DNA from: Candidatus Poribacteria bacterium
GTDB lineage: Bacteria > Poribacteria > WGA-4E > PCPOR2b
Assembly: GCA_965208425.1 (NCBI GenBank)
Contig: OZ242335.1
Span: forward strand, 11,018 to 75,017
DNA length: 64,000 bases
Direction: 5' to 3'
In this document: positions 26,218 to 34,861 of the stretch, piece after piece
Layout: each line of letters begins with the position of its first letter
Position numbering within the stretch: position 1 is the first letter of the stretch
Made by a program: the position numbers and the translations under genes
The notes under the pieces: generated by a model
What the model was told of the DNA's origin: nothing
The model's database searches: none
The model's input: only the letters and a program-made list of their open reading frames with translations

Positions 26218-26940
26218 TTAAGCAAATCGACGCATATCCTCGTTGGCGTAAGCGGCAACCGCTGCATTCGCTTCCCGCCTAGTTTTCAGCTTTTCGACAA
26301 CCTCCTCCAACCGTTCCGACGGAATTGTACATGTCATTTCATCCGGCGGCATCCCTGTCCGCACCCGGCTTAACATACACCCCGTGCTAATTGCGAGTTT
26401 GCCCTGCTCTTTCGAGATCGGGATGATGTGGCATTGCGGTTTGCCAACGAAAACCGTCTCGCTAAACCCGTCATGGATAACCATCGCTTGGAAGCCGTTT
26501 ACTTTCAACAGTATCACATCGGGGTCAACGGGAGTATCCGCTAATGGCCCATAGGTGATGTAGTTCGGACGATCTCCTACAAATGGAAGCTGCATTGCTT
26601 CTTCGGGAGACACCCATCCCACCTCTACGATGGCGCCGACATCTGCGTTATTCATGACCTCTTCCAGCGTTTTCAAGCCGTGTGTGACACTCCCAACGCT
26701 ACAGTTGTAGTGGTCTTCCGGCACCGTTGTAAACGTCTGATCGATGGCCTCCTTCCAAAAGACGCATCCCGCCGGAACTTTGCCGCTGCGACCATCGGGC
26801 GTAGGGACTGGTATCTCGCCCTCATGTGCCGACACGCCTTGAGGGCCTTCGTCAGAAAACGTGATGGCGATAGGAGCGTGTTTTAAGCCGAGTTCTCTAT
26901 CTAATTGTTCAGCTAATGACTTCCAATCTTTAGTTGCCAT
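26218..26940 (-). CDS. DUF169-like protein
   Basis: I trimmed the start to MATKDWKSLAEQLDRELGLKHAPIAITF. This opening and the length are reminiscent of DUF169, from memory only. Confidence 0.45.
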   Translation of the reverse strand: MATKDWKSLAEQLDRELGLKHAPIAITFSDEGPQGVSAHEGEIPVPTPDGRSGKVPAGCVFWKEAIDQTFTTVPEDHYNCSVGSVTHGLKTLEEVMNNADVGAIVEVGWVSPEEAMQLPFVGDRPNYITYGPLADTPVDPDVILLKVNGFQAMVIHDGFSETVFVGKPQCHIIPISKEQGKLAISTGCMLSRVRTGMPPDEMTCTIPSERLEEVVEKLKTRREANAAVAAYANEDMRRFA

Positions 26941-27028
26941 AAAGAGTATCCTTTCATTTAATATACCACTGAGGCAGGGCAGGCAGCAGTGGGGGCTGGT
27001 AACACCCACTCCTATGATTTTAGCCTAA

Positions 27029-27442
27029 TCACTTATAACGAATTGTTTTTTCTAATGAAGATATTTCAGACTTCAAAGATTCTAAATCTTTTCCGAGATC
27101 ATCTATCTCAGAAGTTAAACTCCCAGATGTTGACCAAGTACCAATCTTTGAATTCAATGAAGATATTTTAGATTCCAAAGATCCTAAATCCTTTCCAAGA
27201 TCACCTATCTCAGAGGTTAAACTCCCAGATGTTGACCAAGTACCAATCTTTGAATTTAAGGTATTCACTCTTGAATTCAATGCACGAACACTTGAATTCA
27301 AGGTATCCACGCTATTAGAAAGATTGTTTATAGCTCTAATTAATCTAGTCGTATCACTACTATCAAGCGCAGAACTATAGCTCATATAGGACATCAAAAT
27401 AACGACAAACAGAGCTATACCAAACAACAACTTACTTTTCAT
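27029..27442 (-). CDS. small secreted/anchored Ser-rich coiled-coil protein with an internal 34-aa tandem duplication
   Basis: I set the start at MKSKLLFGIALFVVILMSY, which follows an AGGGGAGGTG RBS. A 102-nt unit is repeated at 27057-27158 and 27159-27260. Confidence 0.6.
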   Translation of the reverse strand: MKSKLLFGIALFVVILMSYMSYSSALDSSDTTRLIRAINNLSNSVDTLNSSVRALNSRVNTLNSKIGTWSTSGSLTSEIGDLGKDLGSLESKISSLNSKIGTWSTSGSLTSEIDDLGKDLESLKSEISSLEKTIRYK

Positions 27443-27485
27443 TGGGCAATCACCTCCCCTGCGTCTAACTGCGTAATTTTTATTC

Positions 27486-27875
27486 TCAATTCGTGCCTGT
27501 CCCGCCAATGATGATAAGGAACGCACTATCTTCGCTGGCGTAGACAGCGTGAAGGACGTCCGCCGTGAAGGCAATCGCCTCACCCTGTTCCAGCGTAACT
27601 TTCTCAGCACTTGTTGTAAAAATGATATTTCCGCTAAACGTAACGACGGTGGCGGCGGCAGGTGCCGAATGGTCCTCAAGCGTAGTTCCCGCTTTGAGGG
27701 CAACTAGCACAAGGGTCATTTCCTCCCCGTGAGCCAGTGTCAATGAGGCACGTCCTGATGTGGCGGAGTGCGCTTCTTCCATCAGCTTCTCAGCCATTGA
27801 CATAAGCGGAAACGCCTTAGTCATCGGTTGGTTTAGATCTACAGGTCTGTAGGGTCGCTCAAATGATGTATTCAT
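27486..27875 (-). CDS. cupin domain protein
   Basis: I trimmed the start to MNTSFERPY after a GGAGG RBS, because the track ORF's 5' extension is REP DNA. Motifs: LEDHSAPAAATVVTFSG and GEAIAFTADVLHAV. Confidence 0.65.
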   Translation of the reverse strand: MNTSFERPYRPVDLNQPMTKAFPLMSMAEKLMEEAHSATSGRASLTLAHGEEMTLVLVALKAGTTLEDHSAPAAATVVTFSGNIIFTTSAEKVTLEQGEAIAFTADVLHAVYASEDSAFLIIIGGTGTN

Positions 27876-27901
27876 TGTAAAACCTCCGCTGATCGAATTA
27901 G

Positions 27902-28015
27902 GAGTTACGCACTTCAGATTGTAGTTGCCCGATTTATCGGGCGTTGGGAATAGTTGCCGGCGGCGATAAATCGCCGAACTACAAGGCGTTGAACGTTCAA
28001 CTGCGTAAGTCCTAC
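27902..28015. repeat. REPIN-like doublet
   Basis: Components in order: gagttacgcacttcagat, tgtagttgcccgatttatcgggcg, gcggcgataaatcgccgaactacaa, then ttcaactgcgtaagtcc. Confidence 0.85.
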
Positions 28016-28030
28016 GAATATTAAAATAGA

Positions 28031-28105
28031 GGCTCATGTAAAAAGAGAGTGCAAAGCACGAAGTAAAGGCCCCCTTTGTACCCCCCTTAATCCCCCCGCA
28101 AGCAG
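28031..28105. repeat. truncated MITE type A (left half only)
   Basis: Matches the first 75 nt or so of the type A element, then diverges after gcaagcag. Confidence 0.85.
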
Positions 28106-28219
28106 CTTACTATTACCCACAAGTAGAAGCTAGTGAACTTTCCCAAGCGGCATAGATATTTGATTGCATGGCAAACGCCAATATGATACATTCAAGGGAA
28201 ATTGGTTACTAAAAATAAT

Positions 28220-28367
28220 GGCTCATGTAAAAAGAGAGTGCAAAGCACGAAGTGAAGGCCCCCTTTGTACCCCCCTTAATCCCCCCGCAAGCAGGGGGAG
28301 AGTAACCCCTGATAAATCGGGATGCAAGTGCTTGTGGCTTTGGTTGCACTAATTCTTAACATGAGCG
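28220..28367. repeat. MITE-like element, type A
   Basis: Full-length copy with one or two substitutions relative to 1106-1256. Confidence 0.9.
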
Positions 28368-28397
28368 AAAATAGATTCCCTTCCACCTATTCGTTGC

Positions 28398-31115
28398 TCA
28401 TGTCTTAGGTTTGGCGCGCTTCTCCAAGATGAGTTGTGTTCGATCCTCTCGGACCAACATATCGAAAAAACGTTTCGCTGTAGGATAACCCTCGGGTGGA
28501 ATAATTGACTCCTTGATAGTGAAATTGATTTCGTAATGAATCTGAGTCCCTTCCAGTTTATACTGTCGCTCCACTCTAGCAAAGCGATTTTCTAGACGAA
28601 CATCCTGCGGGAAGGTCGCCATCCATCCCTCCGGCAGCGCAATCCGGATCGTTTTCTTCATCTGCATTGGGTAACTCAAATCGAGTAGGTGTTGACGTTC
28701 AGCCGCTGCAAAAATCTCCGCATAGTCTGAAAACTCATCGCTCGGCAACGGAAACACCAAGCGATTATCAATTGGCTCAACGTAATTCTCCGCGGTAAAA
28801 GCAACATTGAGCTGCACCGGGACGTTGAGATCCGCTAAATCGGAAATTTGCACTGAATCAACTCGGACGCCCGGAAATTGTTTGCTAAGTCCAACGGCGA
28901 GGGTATCCTTCCACACACTCGGCGACATCTGCTTGTACTCCAACCGCGCCTCAATATTGTATTGCCCACGGGTATCAACCCGCATGGTCCCCTGGACCGT
29001 CCCATCTTCTGTCACTGTGATTTCTGTGTCAACAATTAACTGATTGGATTCCGGTGTAGAGATGGGAATATCCACAAACTCACCCCGCTCGCTTTGAATC
29101 ACGAATCCCTTGCGTCCTCTATTCCGTGCTGGGAGATCGCCGTAGCTGCAGGTGTCGGCAGTTGGATCGAGCCAAATATAGCCGCCATTGTCACGTGGAA
29201 CCGCACCAATCAGATGGCTAAACTGTCCGAGTGAGGGAAGCTCAAGATCGACGCGTTGATACGGCGCCGGATTAAGCATCACCGGAAACGCCTCAATACC
29301 GACCAGATCGAGCATCGCAATCATCAAGGTAGTTTTATCCTTGCAATCGCCGTATAGGACACTGAGTACCTGATCTGCCGGCGTCGGCTGATATGCACCT
29401 TGCCCCAGTTCAATCCCTACATAGCGAATCTGCGATGCCACAAAGTGGTATATCGCTCGAATTTTGTCCTCCTCCGTGAGAAGATCTGCGGTAAGTTCCT
29501 CGACGGTTTCCTCAATCGCTTGATCAACGGTGTATCGGTCCTTTGCGGTGTCTCTGTACCAATTATAAACGGCATCCCAAGACTCTACAGATGAATAGCT
29601 CAAGCGTGGCACAATATCGTTGGTCGCCGGCATATTGTACTCCGTCTTGAGCGCGGGTGTTTCGCCGTAGGTCCAGAGATATGTGCTGCTTTCCTCTTCG
29701 TGTAGTATCTGAGGATTGAGTTGGCAATGCATCGCCTTCCACTTGAAGTCTGTCCCTTGGGGCACGCGTAGAGCATAAGCCGATTGCAGCGTTGGATCTG
29801 TGGATTGAAAACTGTAGCCACCCCAAAACCACGAGGTGCTCCCGACCGACTCCGCTCCTGCGTCTTCAAGCGTAACCTGATACTCAATACACACCCCCGG
29901 TTTGAGGGCAGGCATTGAGATGACCCGCCACATCGAATCGGAATAAAGATTATACGAGAGCAGCCCCGGCGGTGTTACGTCGTTAAACGCCTCCTCCGGC
30001 GGCTCAATAACAGAACCATCAGGAGTGATGGTCCGAGCGACGTTGACGGTGATATATTGCGCCCTGGGGGTGTGCGGGATGGCGATGTCATCGTAGTTCT
30101 GCACCCCTCTCTCCGTCAGAATTTTGACCACCTGATGGGTAGTGTAGCGGGACTTGCCCGATGGGGTGACTTCGTGACTAAACTGGTTGAGCAGGATGAT
30201 TGCGTCAGCATCAGGGTAATCTGCCGCGTCAGGAGCGGCAGCGATCACCGCTTCAATGTCAATGTCGATTAGATCCACAGGCGCGACTTCAATAGATACT
30301 GTGACAGATCGGTCTAACTGTGCAAGTGCTTGGAGGCGTGTCGGAGCCAGCAGATTTTGTGGATCGATCTCCAAAATTTTATGGTACTGGAGCTGCGCTT
30401 CGTAGTAACGTCCATGCGCTTCGTAGAGAGAAGCAAGGTTTTGGCGGGACCAGATATCTTTTGGGAGAAGCCGAATCGACTCCCTAAATTCAGCGATAGC
30501 TTCGCCAATGTCCCCTTTTTCCAAGTAAATCAAGGCGAGATAGTTACGCAGATTCTTGCTGTCAGGTCGTGCAGATTTTGGATCAATTTCCACCGCCTTT
30601 CGTAAAACCCGTTCGGCATCGTCGAGCCAACCCAGTTGCTTGTAAGCCACGCCGAGATGGTTAAGTGCGTACAGGTTATGCGGCTCAACATTCAAAGTAT
30701 CCTCGTAAACCTGTGCTGCAGCTTCATAGTTGTTCAGTTGCTCATAGATGTAGCCCAAAGAATTGCGCGCCTCCATATTCTTGGGGTCAAGCGTTACTGT
30801 GGCGGCGAAGGCATCCCTCGCTTTTTCGTATGCCTCCTGTTGGAAGTACAACTTGGCGATTTGGAATTGGATCTGACTAGTCTTCGGTTTAATTGTCAGT
30901 GCGGCTTGGTAGGCTTCAAGGGCACCCGTCAAGTCCCCATCTTGGAGTGCCAGATTTCCCGCCTCGACCTGTTTGCGCCACGCCTTATTTCGTTCGATCA
31001 GCGGATCGACAATCACCTTTTCGCCGGGTTGACTTCGACTGAAGATTGAGCAACCGCTCAACAATAACAGGATCGCAATCAGAGAAACACTTGCCTTGAA
31101 AGGTCGGATTGCCAC
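28398..31115 (-). CDS. TPR-repeat lipoprotein with DUF3857-like and transglutaminase-like core domains
   Basis: 905 aa. GTG start after an AAGGAG RBS. Lipobox LLLSGC, then N-terminal TPRs. YGDCKDKTTLMIAMLD is a transglutaminase-type Cys motif. Confidence 0.75.
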   Translation of the reverse strand: MAIRPFKASVSLIAILLLLSGCSIFSRSQPGEKVIVDPLIERNKAWRKQVEAGNLALQDGDLTGALEAYQAALTIKPKTSQIQFQIAKLYFQQEAYEKARDAFAATVTLDPKNMEARNSLGYIYEQLNNYEAAAQVYEDTLNVEPHNLYALNHLGVAYKQLGWLDDAERVLRKAVEIDPKSARPDSKNLRNYLALIYLEKGDIGEAIAEFRESIRLLPKDIWSRQNLASLYEAHGRYYEAQLQYHKILEIDPQNLLAPTRLQALAQLDRSVTVSIEVAPVDLIDIDIEAVIAAAPDAADYPDADAIILLNQFSHEVTPSGKSRYTTHQVVKILTERGVQNYDDIAIPHTPRAQYITVNVARTITPDGSVIEPPEEAFNDVTPPGLLSYNLYSDSMWRVISMPALKPGVCIEYQVTLEDAGAESVGSTSWFWGGYSFQSTDPTLQSAYALRVPQGTDFKWKAMHCQLNPQILHEEESSTYLWTYGETPALKTEYNMPATNDIVPRLSYSSVESWDAVYNWYRDTAKDRYTVDQAIEETVEELTADLLTEEDKIRAIYHFVASQIRYVGIELGQGAYQPTPADQVLSVLYGDCKDKTTLMIAMLDLVGIEAFPVMLNPAPYQRVDLELPSLGQFSHLIGAVPRDNGGYIWLDPTADTCSYGDLPARNRGRKGFVIQSERGEFVDIPISTPESNQLIVDTEITVTEDGTVQGTMRVDTRGQYNIEARLEYKQMSPSVWKDTLAVGLSKQFPGVRVDSVQISDLADLNVPVQLNVAFTAENYVEPIDNRLVFPLPSDEFSDYAEIFAAAERQHLLDLSYPMQMKKTIRIALPEGWMATFPQDVRLENRFARVERQYKLEGTQIHYEINFTIKESIIPPEGYPTAKRFFDMLVREDRTQLILEKRAKPKT

Positions 31116-31379
31116 GATTATTCTCCTTACGTTTCATGTTGTTGACGCATACCAGTTAGCATAATTATGAGTTCACCCATAAGTCTACCAAAAAGTTGCC
31201 CGAACATCAATGATTTTCATGCAGTTCATCTTTGTTGCTTGAGAGGATCACAACGTTTCGGTATAATGATACCCAATACGGCTCTTTATTTCAAACCGAC
31301 CGTCAAGGTACAAAGAAAAATAAGAGTGAAATAAAAGGGGAATCCTTATGTCTATAGCAAACACATCAACATCAATTAT

Positions 31380-31506
31380 GGTAGATCTTAGAATTATTTA
31401 GACACTTCCAAGGCACAGCCAACCCCCTAAATCCCCCTTATCAGGGGGACTTTGGAAATTTCGCGTTATTGGTAAATGTCTACTTATTTCTCCGATTCAC
31501 TATAAA
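31380..31506. repeat. type D dispersed element
   Basis: ggtagatcttagaattatttagacac ... aaccccctaaatcccccttatcagggggactt ... gtctacttatttctccgattcactataa. Confidence 0.85.
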
Positions 31507-31512
31507 CCTAAA

Positions 31513-31581
31513 AGCTCATGTAAAAACGGAGTGCAGTTACGATGAACGCGTTGAGGGCGGGGCAAGATGCCCCGCCTACGG
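31513..31581. repeat. MITE variant: type A/B left terminus plus gggcggggcaagatgccccgcc hairpin core
   Basis: agctcatgtaaaaacggagtgcag ... gggcggggcaagatgccccgcctacgg. The same core occurs at 37696-37722. Confidence 0.7.
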
Positions 31582-31653
31582 CGTTTGAGGTAAACTGTTG
31601 GGTGCCGTTTTTCGTCCGAAATTTTAACTGCGTAATCCCTCATTTAGGTCATT

Positions 31654-31730
31654 GGCTGATGTAAAAGGAAGAGGCAGAGAAACCGATTTTTCAGACAAAA
31701 CTCGGTTTTTTGCACTATTCCTTCACACGA
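31654..31730. repeat. degenerate MITE type B
   Basis: ggctgatgtaaaaggaagaggcagagaaaccgatttttcagacaaaactcggttttttgcactattccttcaca. Confidence 0.65.
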
Positions 31731-31870
31731 TTCAGGTTATTTTTGCGAGTTTGAAACTATTAGTTTCAACCTGCCGAATTTAGATTTGCACGCTGCTTGT
31801 CTTTTCTTGTACCCTTTAGGACATAGAGTTGATTTTTAATAAATACAACTACGCAAATTTAGCACACAGA

Positions 31871-31921
31871 GAGTAGATTTTTGATTTTTAACCCCCTAAA
31901 TCCCCCTTATCAGGGGGACTT
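31871..31921. repeat. type D core only
   Basis: gagtagatttttgatttttaaccccctaaatcccccttatcagggggactt. Confidence 0.75.
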
Positions 31922-31970
31922 ATGAACTCGATGCGTAAGTCCTAAAATAGATAGAAAGTGGGATTATTCT

Positions 31971-32921
31971 ATGCTCCTTGGCAACAGCGATGCGATGCAA
32001 GACATTCATAGGGCGATTCACCAATTCCGTAACAATGACACCACCTCGGTTTTAATTGCAGGCGAAACCGGCGTTGGCAAGGAATTGGTTGCACGAGCTA
32101 TTCATTTTGGAGGACCACGGGCATCAGAACCATTTGTGGCACTCAATTGCGGAGCGATTCCTTTTGAACTAGCAGAGTCCATCTTTTTCGGCCATGTCCG
32201 TGGCGCATTTACTGGTGCTATCGCGGATGAGACGGGCTACTTTGAACGTGCCAACGGTGGGACACTCTTTCTCGATGAAGTCGGTGATATGCCAATTGAA
32301 ACCCAAGTTAAACTTCTCCGTGCGCTAGGCGAGAGTGTCATCACACCAATCGGTGCAACAAAAAGTAAAAAGGTAGATAGCCGGGTGATAGCAGCCACCA
32401 ATGCGGGACTCTCAGCGAAGGTGGATGCAGAATTGTTTCGGTCAGATCTCTACTATCGTTTGACGGGTATGATAATTTGGATTCCGCCGCTACGGGATCG
32501 AACAGAGGATATTCTTCCCATTGCTGAATACTACCTGAGTGAGTTTGCGGCTGCAATGAGAGTGCCAAACCCATCGTTGGCTCCCGAAGCGGTGGCGGCT
32601 TTGGAAACATACGACTTCCCGGGTAATGTGCGTGAACTGATGAACATCATTGAAAATGCGTTGATCGTAAGCGAAGGGGCAGCGATTCAACCCGAACATC
32701 TGCGTTTTTGGTCTCCTGACGCTGAGGTGCTTACTCCTCCAGTAACAGAGATTGACGAAGCAAACCCGTTGCCACCCGTGGTTGAGGCGATGCTCGCCGA
32801 GCAGGTACAGATTCGACGCGCTTTAGCGGCTAACCGAGGCAACATTGCTAAGACCGCCCGGCAACTTGGCTTGAGTCGGCAGGCTTTATACCGCCGAATG
32901 GAAAAATATGGCCTCCGATAA
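31971..32921 (+). CDS. sigma-54-dependent transcriptional activator (bEBP), PspF-like architecture: AAA+ plus C-terminal HTH, no sensory domain
   Basis: 316 aa. Walker A is GETGVGKE and the GAFTGA loop (RGAFTGA) is present, followed by ESVITPIG and DLYYRL. The Fis-type HTH reads NIAKTARQLGLSRQALYRRM. Confidence 0.85.
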   Translation: MLLGNSDAMQDIHRAIHQFRNNDTTSVLIAGETGVGKELVARAIHFGGPRASEPFVALNCGAIPFELAESIFFGHVRGAFTGAIADETGYFERANGGTLFLDEVGDMPIETQVKLLRALGESVITPIGATKSKKVDSRVIAATNAGLSAKVDAELFRSDLYYRLTGMIIWIPPLRDRTEDILPIAEYYLSEFAAAMRVPNPSLAPEAVAALETYDFPGNVRELMNIIENALIVSEGAAIQPEHLRFWSPDAEVLTPPVTEIDEANPLPPVVEAMLAEQVQIRRALAANRGNIAKTARQLGLSRQALYRRMEKYGLR

Positions 32922-32965
32922 AAAAATGAAACGACTTTTATTATTGCTTTGGAAGCAATACAAAA

Positions 32966-33065
32966 GTGTCCGATTTACCGGGCACTTACCGGTCACCCCT
33001 TTATCCAGTGTACATCAGGCTTTGACCCCAATTTGTGTCCGATAGATGTCCGGATTTCCGGACAT
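32966..33065. promoter_or_regulatory. candidate upstream activator sequences (TGTCCG-type palindromes)
   Basis: gtgtccgat-tt-accgggcac (32966-32985) is an imperfect palindrome. tgtgtccgatag starts at 33035. atgtccgga-tt-tccggacat (33046-33065) has perfect 9-bp arms. Confidence 0.5.
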
Positions 33066-33142
33066 TTTTGTGTGTAAGAACAGATCATTGACCTCCTCTC
33101 AAACCCGCGCCACGACTGAAGAGTTGGCATAATTTAGGGTGT

Positions 33143-33158
33143 TGGCATGGGTCTTGCT
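33143..33158 (+). promoter_or_regulatory. sigma-54 (-24/-12) promoter
   Basis: TGGCATgggtcTTGCT has exact GG-N10-GC spacing and matches the TGGCAC-N5-TTGCW consensus. It lies about 130 nt upstream of the ATG at 33286. Confidence 0.6.
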
Positions 33159-33285
33159 TTAAATAGGGTGACGCCAAGTTAGAAACACTGTGAACACTTG
33201 GCAAAAAAGAGAACTACATATTTATCAGAGAGGTGAATTAACTTTCGCCTAACGGAATCTAATCACCCAAATGGAGGGTTTGATT

Positions 33286-33777
33286 ATGTTGAACTTAAGG
33301 GTTACACGGACTATCGCGCTTGTTGTTATGATGGCTGGCTTGTTGATTTTCTCTGGCATAGCTGATGCACATCACATTAGTAGTGATGATGGTACCTGGC
33401 GAGGGGTAGATTGGTGGGTGTCCACGGGGAAACATAGTTTGAACAGTAATAGTGCTAACAGTTGGCACCGTGTTTTTATCGTAAATGATAGCATCTATGG
33501 TATAACTGTCGATTTTGAGTGGACCCATGAGTTGTCGGATGACTCGGGTGTCATCGTCGAAACGGATAGCAGCTCGGGATCCTTCGAGTTGGCAGCAAGA
33601 ACGGCGGATCGGCTTGAGTCTCACGAGAGGGAGGGCTGGTTGGGGCCCAGTACCTCCGGGTTAGACCCAGGCGAGTATAAGATATGGAGCGAAACAGAGA
33701 TAACGATTGTGAACAGTCTCGCGCAGAGTACAACGAGATCGATCTCAAGACTGTCTGACTGGCTTTCACTAAACTAA
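33286..33777 (+). CDS. hypothetical secreted protein
   Basis: ATG 33286 follows a GGAGGG RBS. N-terminal hydrophobic segment is TIALVVMMAGLLIFSGIADA. I recognise no domain. Confidence 0.45.
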   Translation: MLNLRVTRTIALVVMMAGLLIFSGIADAHHISSDDGTWRGVDWWVSTGKHSLNSNSANSWHRVFIVNDSIYGITVDFEWTHELSDDSGVIVETDSSSGSFELAARTADRLESHEREGWLGPSTSGLDPGEYKIWSETEITIVNSLAQSTTRSISRLSDWLSLN

Positions 33778-33790
33778 AGGAGGTATAACT

Positions 33791-34765
33791 TTGCGGATAT
33801 TAGTTCTCGTGGCTTGTCTTTGGCTTGCCGCGAGCCCCCTTTGGGGCAAAATTGTGTTCTATTCGGAGCGGGATGGGAATCATGAAATCTACAGGATGGA
33901 CTCCGATGGAGGCAACGTCACACGGTTGACGCATCATCCAGTAACTGATGCCGCCCCAGCTTGGTCTCCCAATGGCCAACAGATTGCGTTCCATAGCGAT
34001 CGGGATGGGAATCAGGAGGTGTATGTGATGGATGCCGATGGGAGCAACCAACGCAGACTGACCCGTCATCCAGGACTGGATGGTCGGCCCGACTGGTCGC
34101 CCGATGGCTCGCAGATTGCATTTTATAGTGGTCGGGGTGGTAGGGACCCTGATAAGGAAATTGACATTTTCGTGATGGATGCCGACGGGGGCAACGTCAG
34201 GCAGGTGACGCACCTAGGTTTTGCCTCAAGACCCAAGTGGTCGCCGGATGGAAAACGGATTGCCTTCGAGGCAATAACCGACGCGGGGCGAGTAATCTAC
34301 GTCGTTGATGTCGATGGTAAGAACCTCTGGCAGGTCTCATTTCCCGACGTTCGGGCGGGGATGTTTGCCCGTGGGTGGTCGCCGGATGGAACTCAAGTTT
34401 TGTATACAGAGGCAATTGGTCATTCCGTCAACGATGCGACGCTCATCATTGCCACCCTTCACCCTACCAGACGAGAGGTAGTACATTTCGATCGAGTGCC
34501 TGTGCCAAAGATGCCTATCTCCGGCGGGGCATGGGGAGCGGATGGGAAGTCTGTCCTCTTTACGAGTAGACCAGTAGATGGACCACTGAATCTTGACTGG
34601 AATATCTACCGCTTCCATCTCATTGACAAAAAACTGATACAGTTGACCCATCATGTTAGGAGGGATCAGATCGGTCAGGAATGGAATTCGAGCCTGTCTG
34701 TCCAGCCACAGCGGTTACTCCCTTTATTCTGGGGAGAGATGAAATCTAACAGATTCCGGCATTGA
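33791..34765 (+). CDS. TolB-like WD40/PD40 beta-propeller repeat protein
   Basis: TTG start after an AAGGAGG RBS, with a signal peptide. Repeated DGN.E(I/V)Y.MD.DG.N..(R)LT units and W(S)PDG motifs are present. Confidence 0.8.
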   Translation: MRILVLVACLWLAASPLWGKIVFYSERDGNHEIYRMDSDGGNVTRLTHHPVTDAAPAWSPNGQQIAFHSDRDGNQEVYVMDADGSNQRRLTRHPGLDGRPDWSPDGSQIAFYSGRGGRDPDKEIDIFVMDADGGNVRQVTHLGFASRPKWSPDGKRIAFEAITDAGRVIYVVDVDGKNLWQVSFPDVRAGMFARGWSPDGTQVLYTEAIGHSVNDATLIIATLHPTRREVVHFDRVPVPKMPISGGAWGADGKSVLFTSRPVDGPLNLDWNIYRFHLIDKKLIQLTHHVRRDQIGQEWNSSLSVQPQRLLPLFWGEMKSNRFRH

Positions 34766-34861
34766 GTTGTCGTAATGCGACAACATCTCAAGGTGCAAGA
34801 CACTCGTGCGGTATCATGCCTCTCTTCACGGGTATGATACCGTCTTTTTGTGCTCATAAAT

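Noticed and set aside
27443-27703. 5' extension of the track ORF 27029-27703 (and likewise 27876-28037 of ORF 27486-28037, 5336-5437, 10666-10734, 26941-27009, 13486-13572)
   Set aside because: The extensions overlap a neighbouring real gene or repeat DNA. Internal ATGs with strong RBSs give N-termini typical of the families, so I trimmed the starts.
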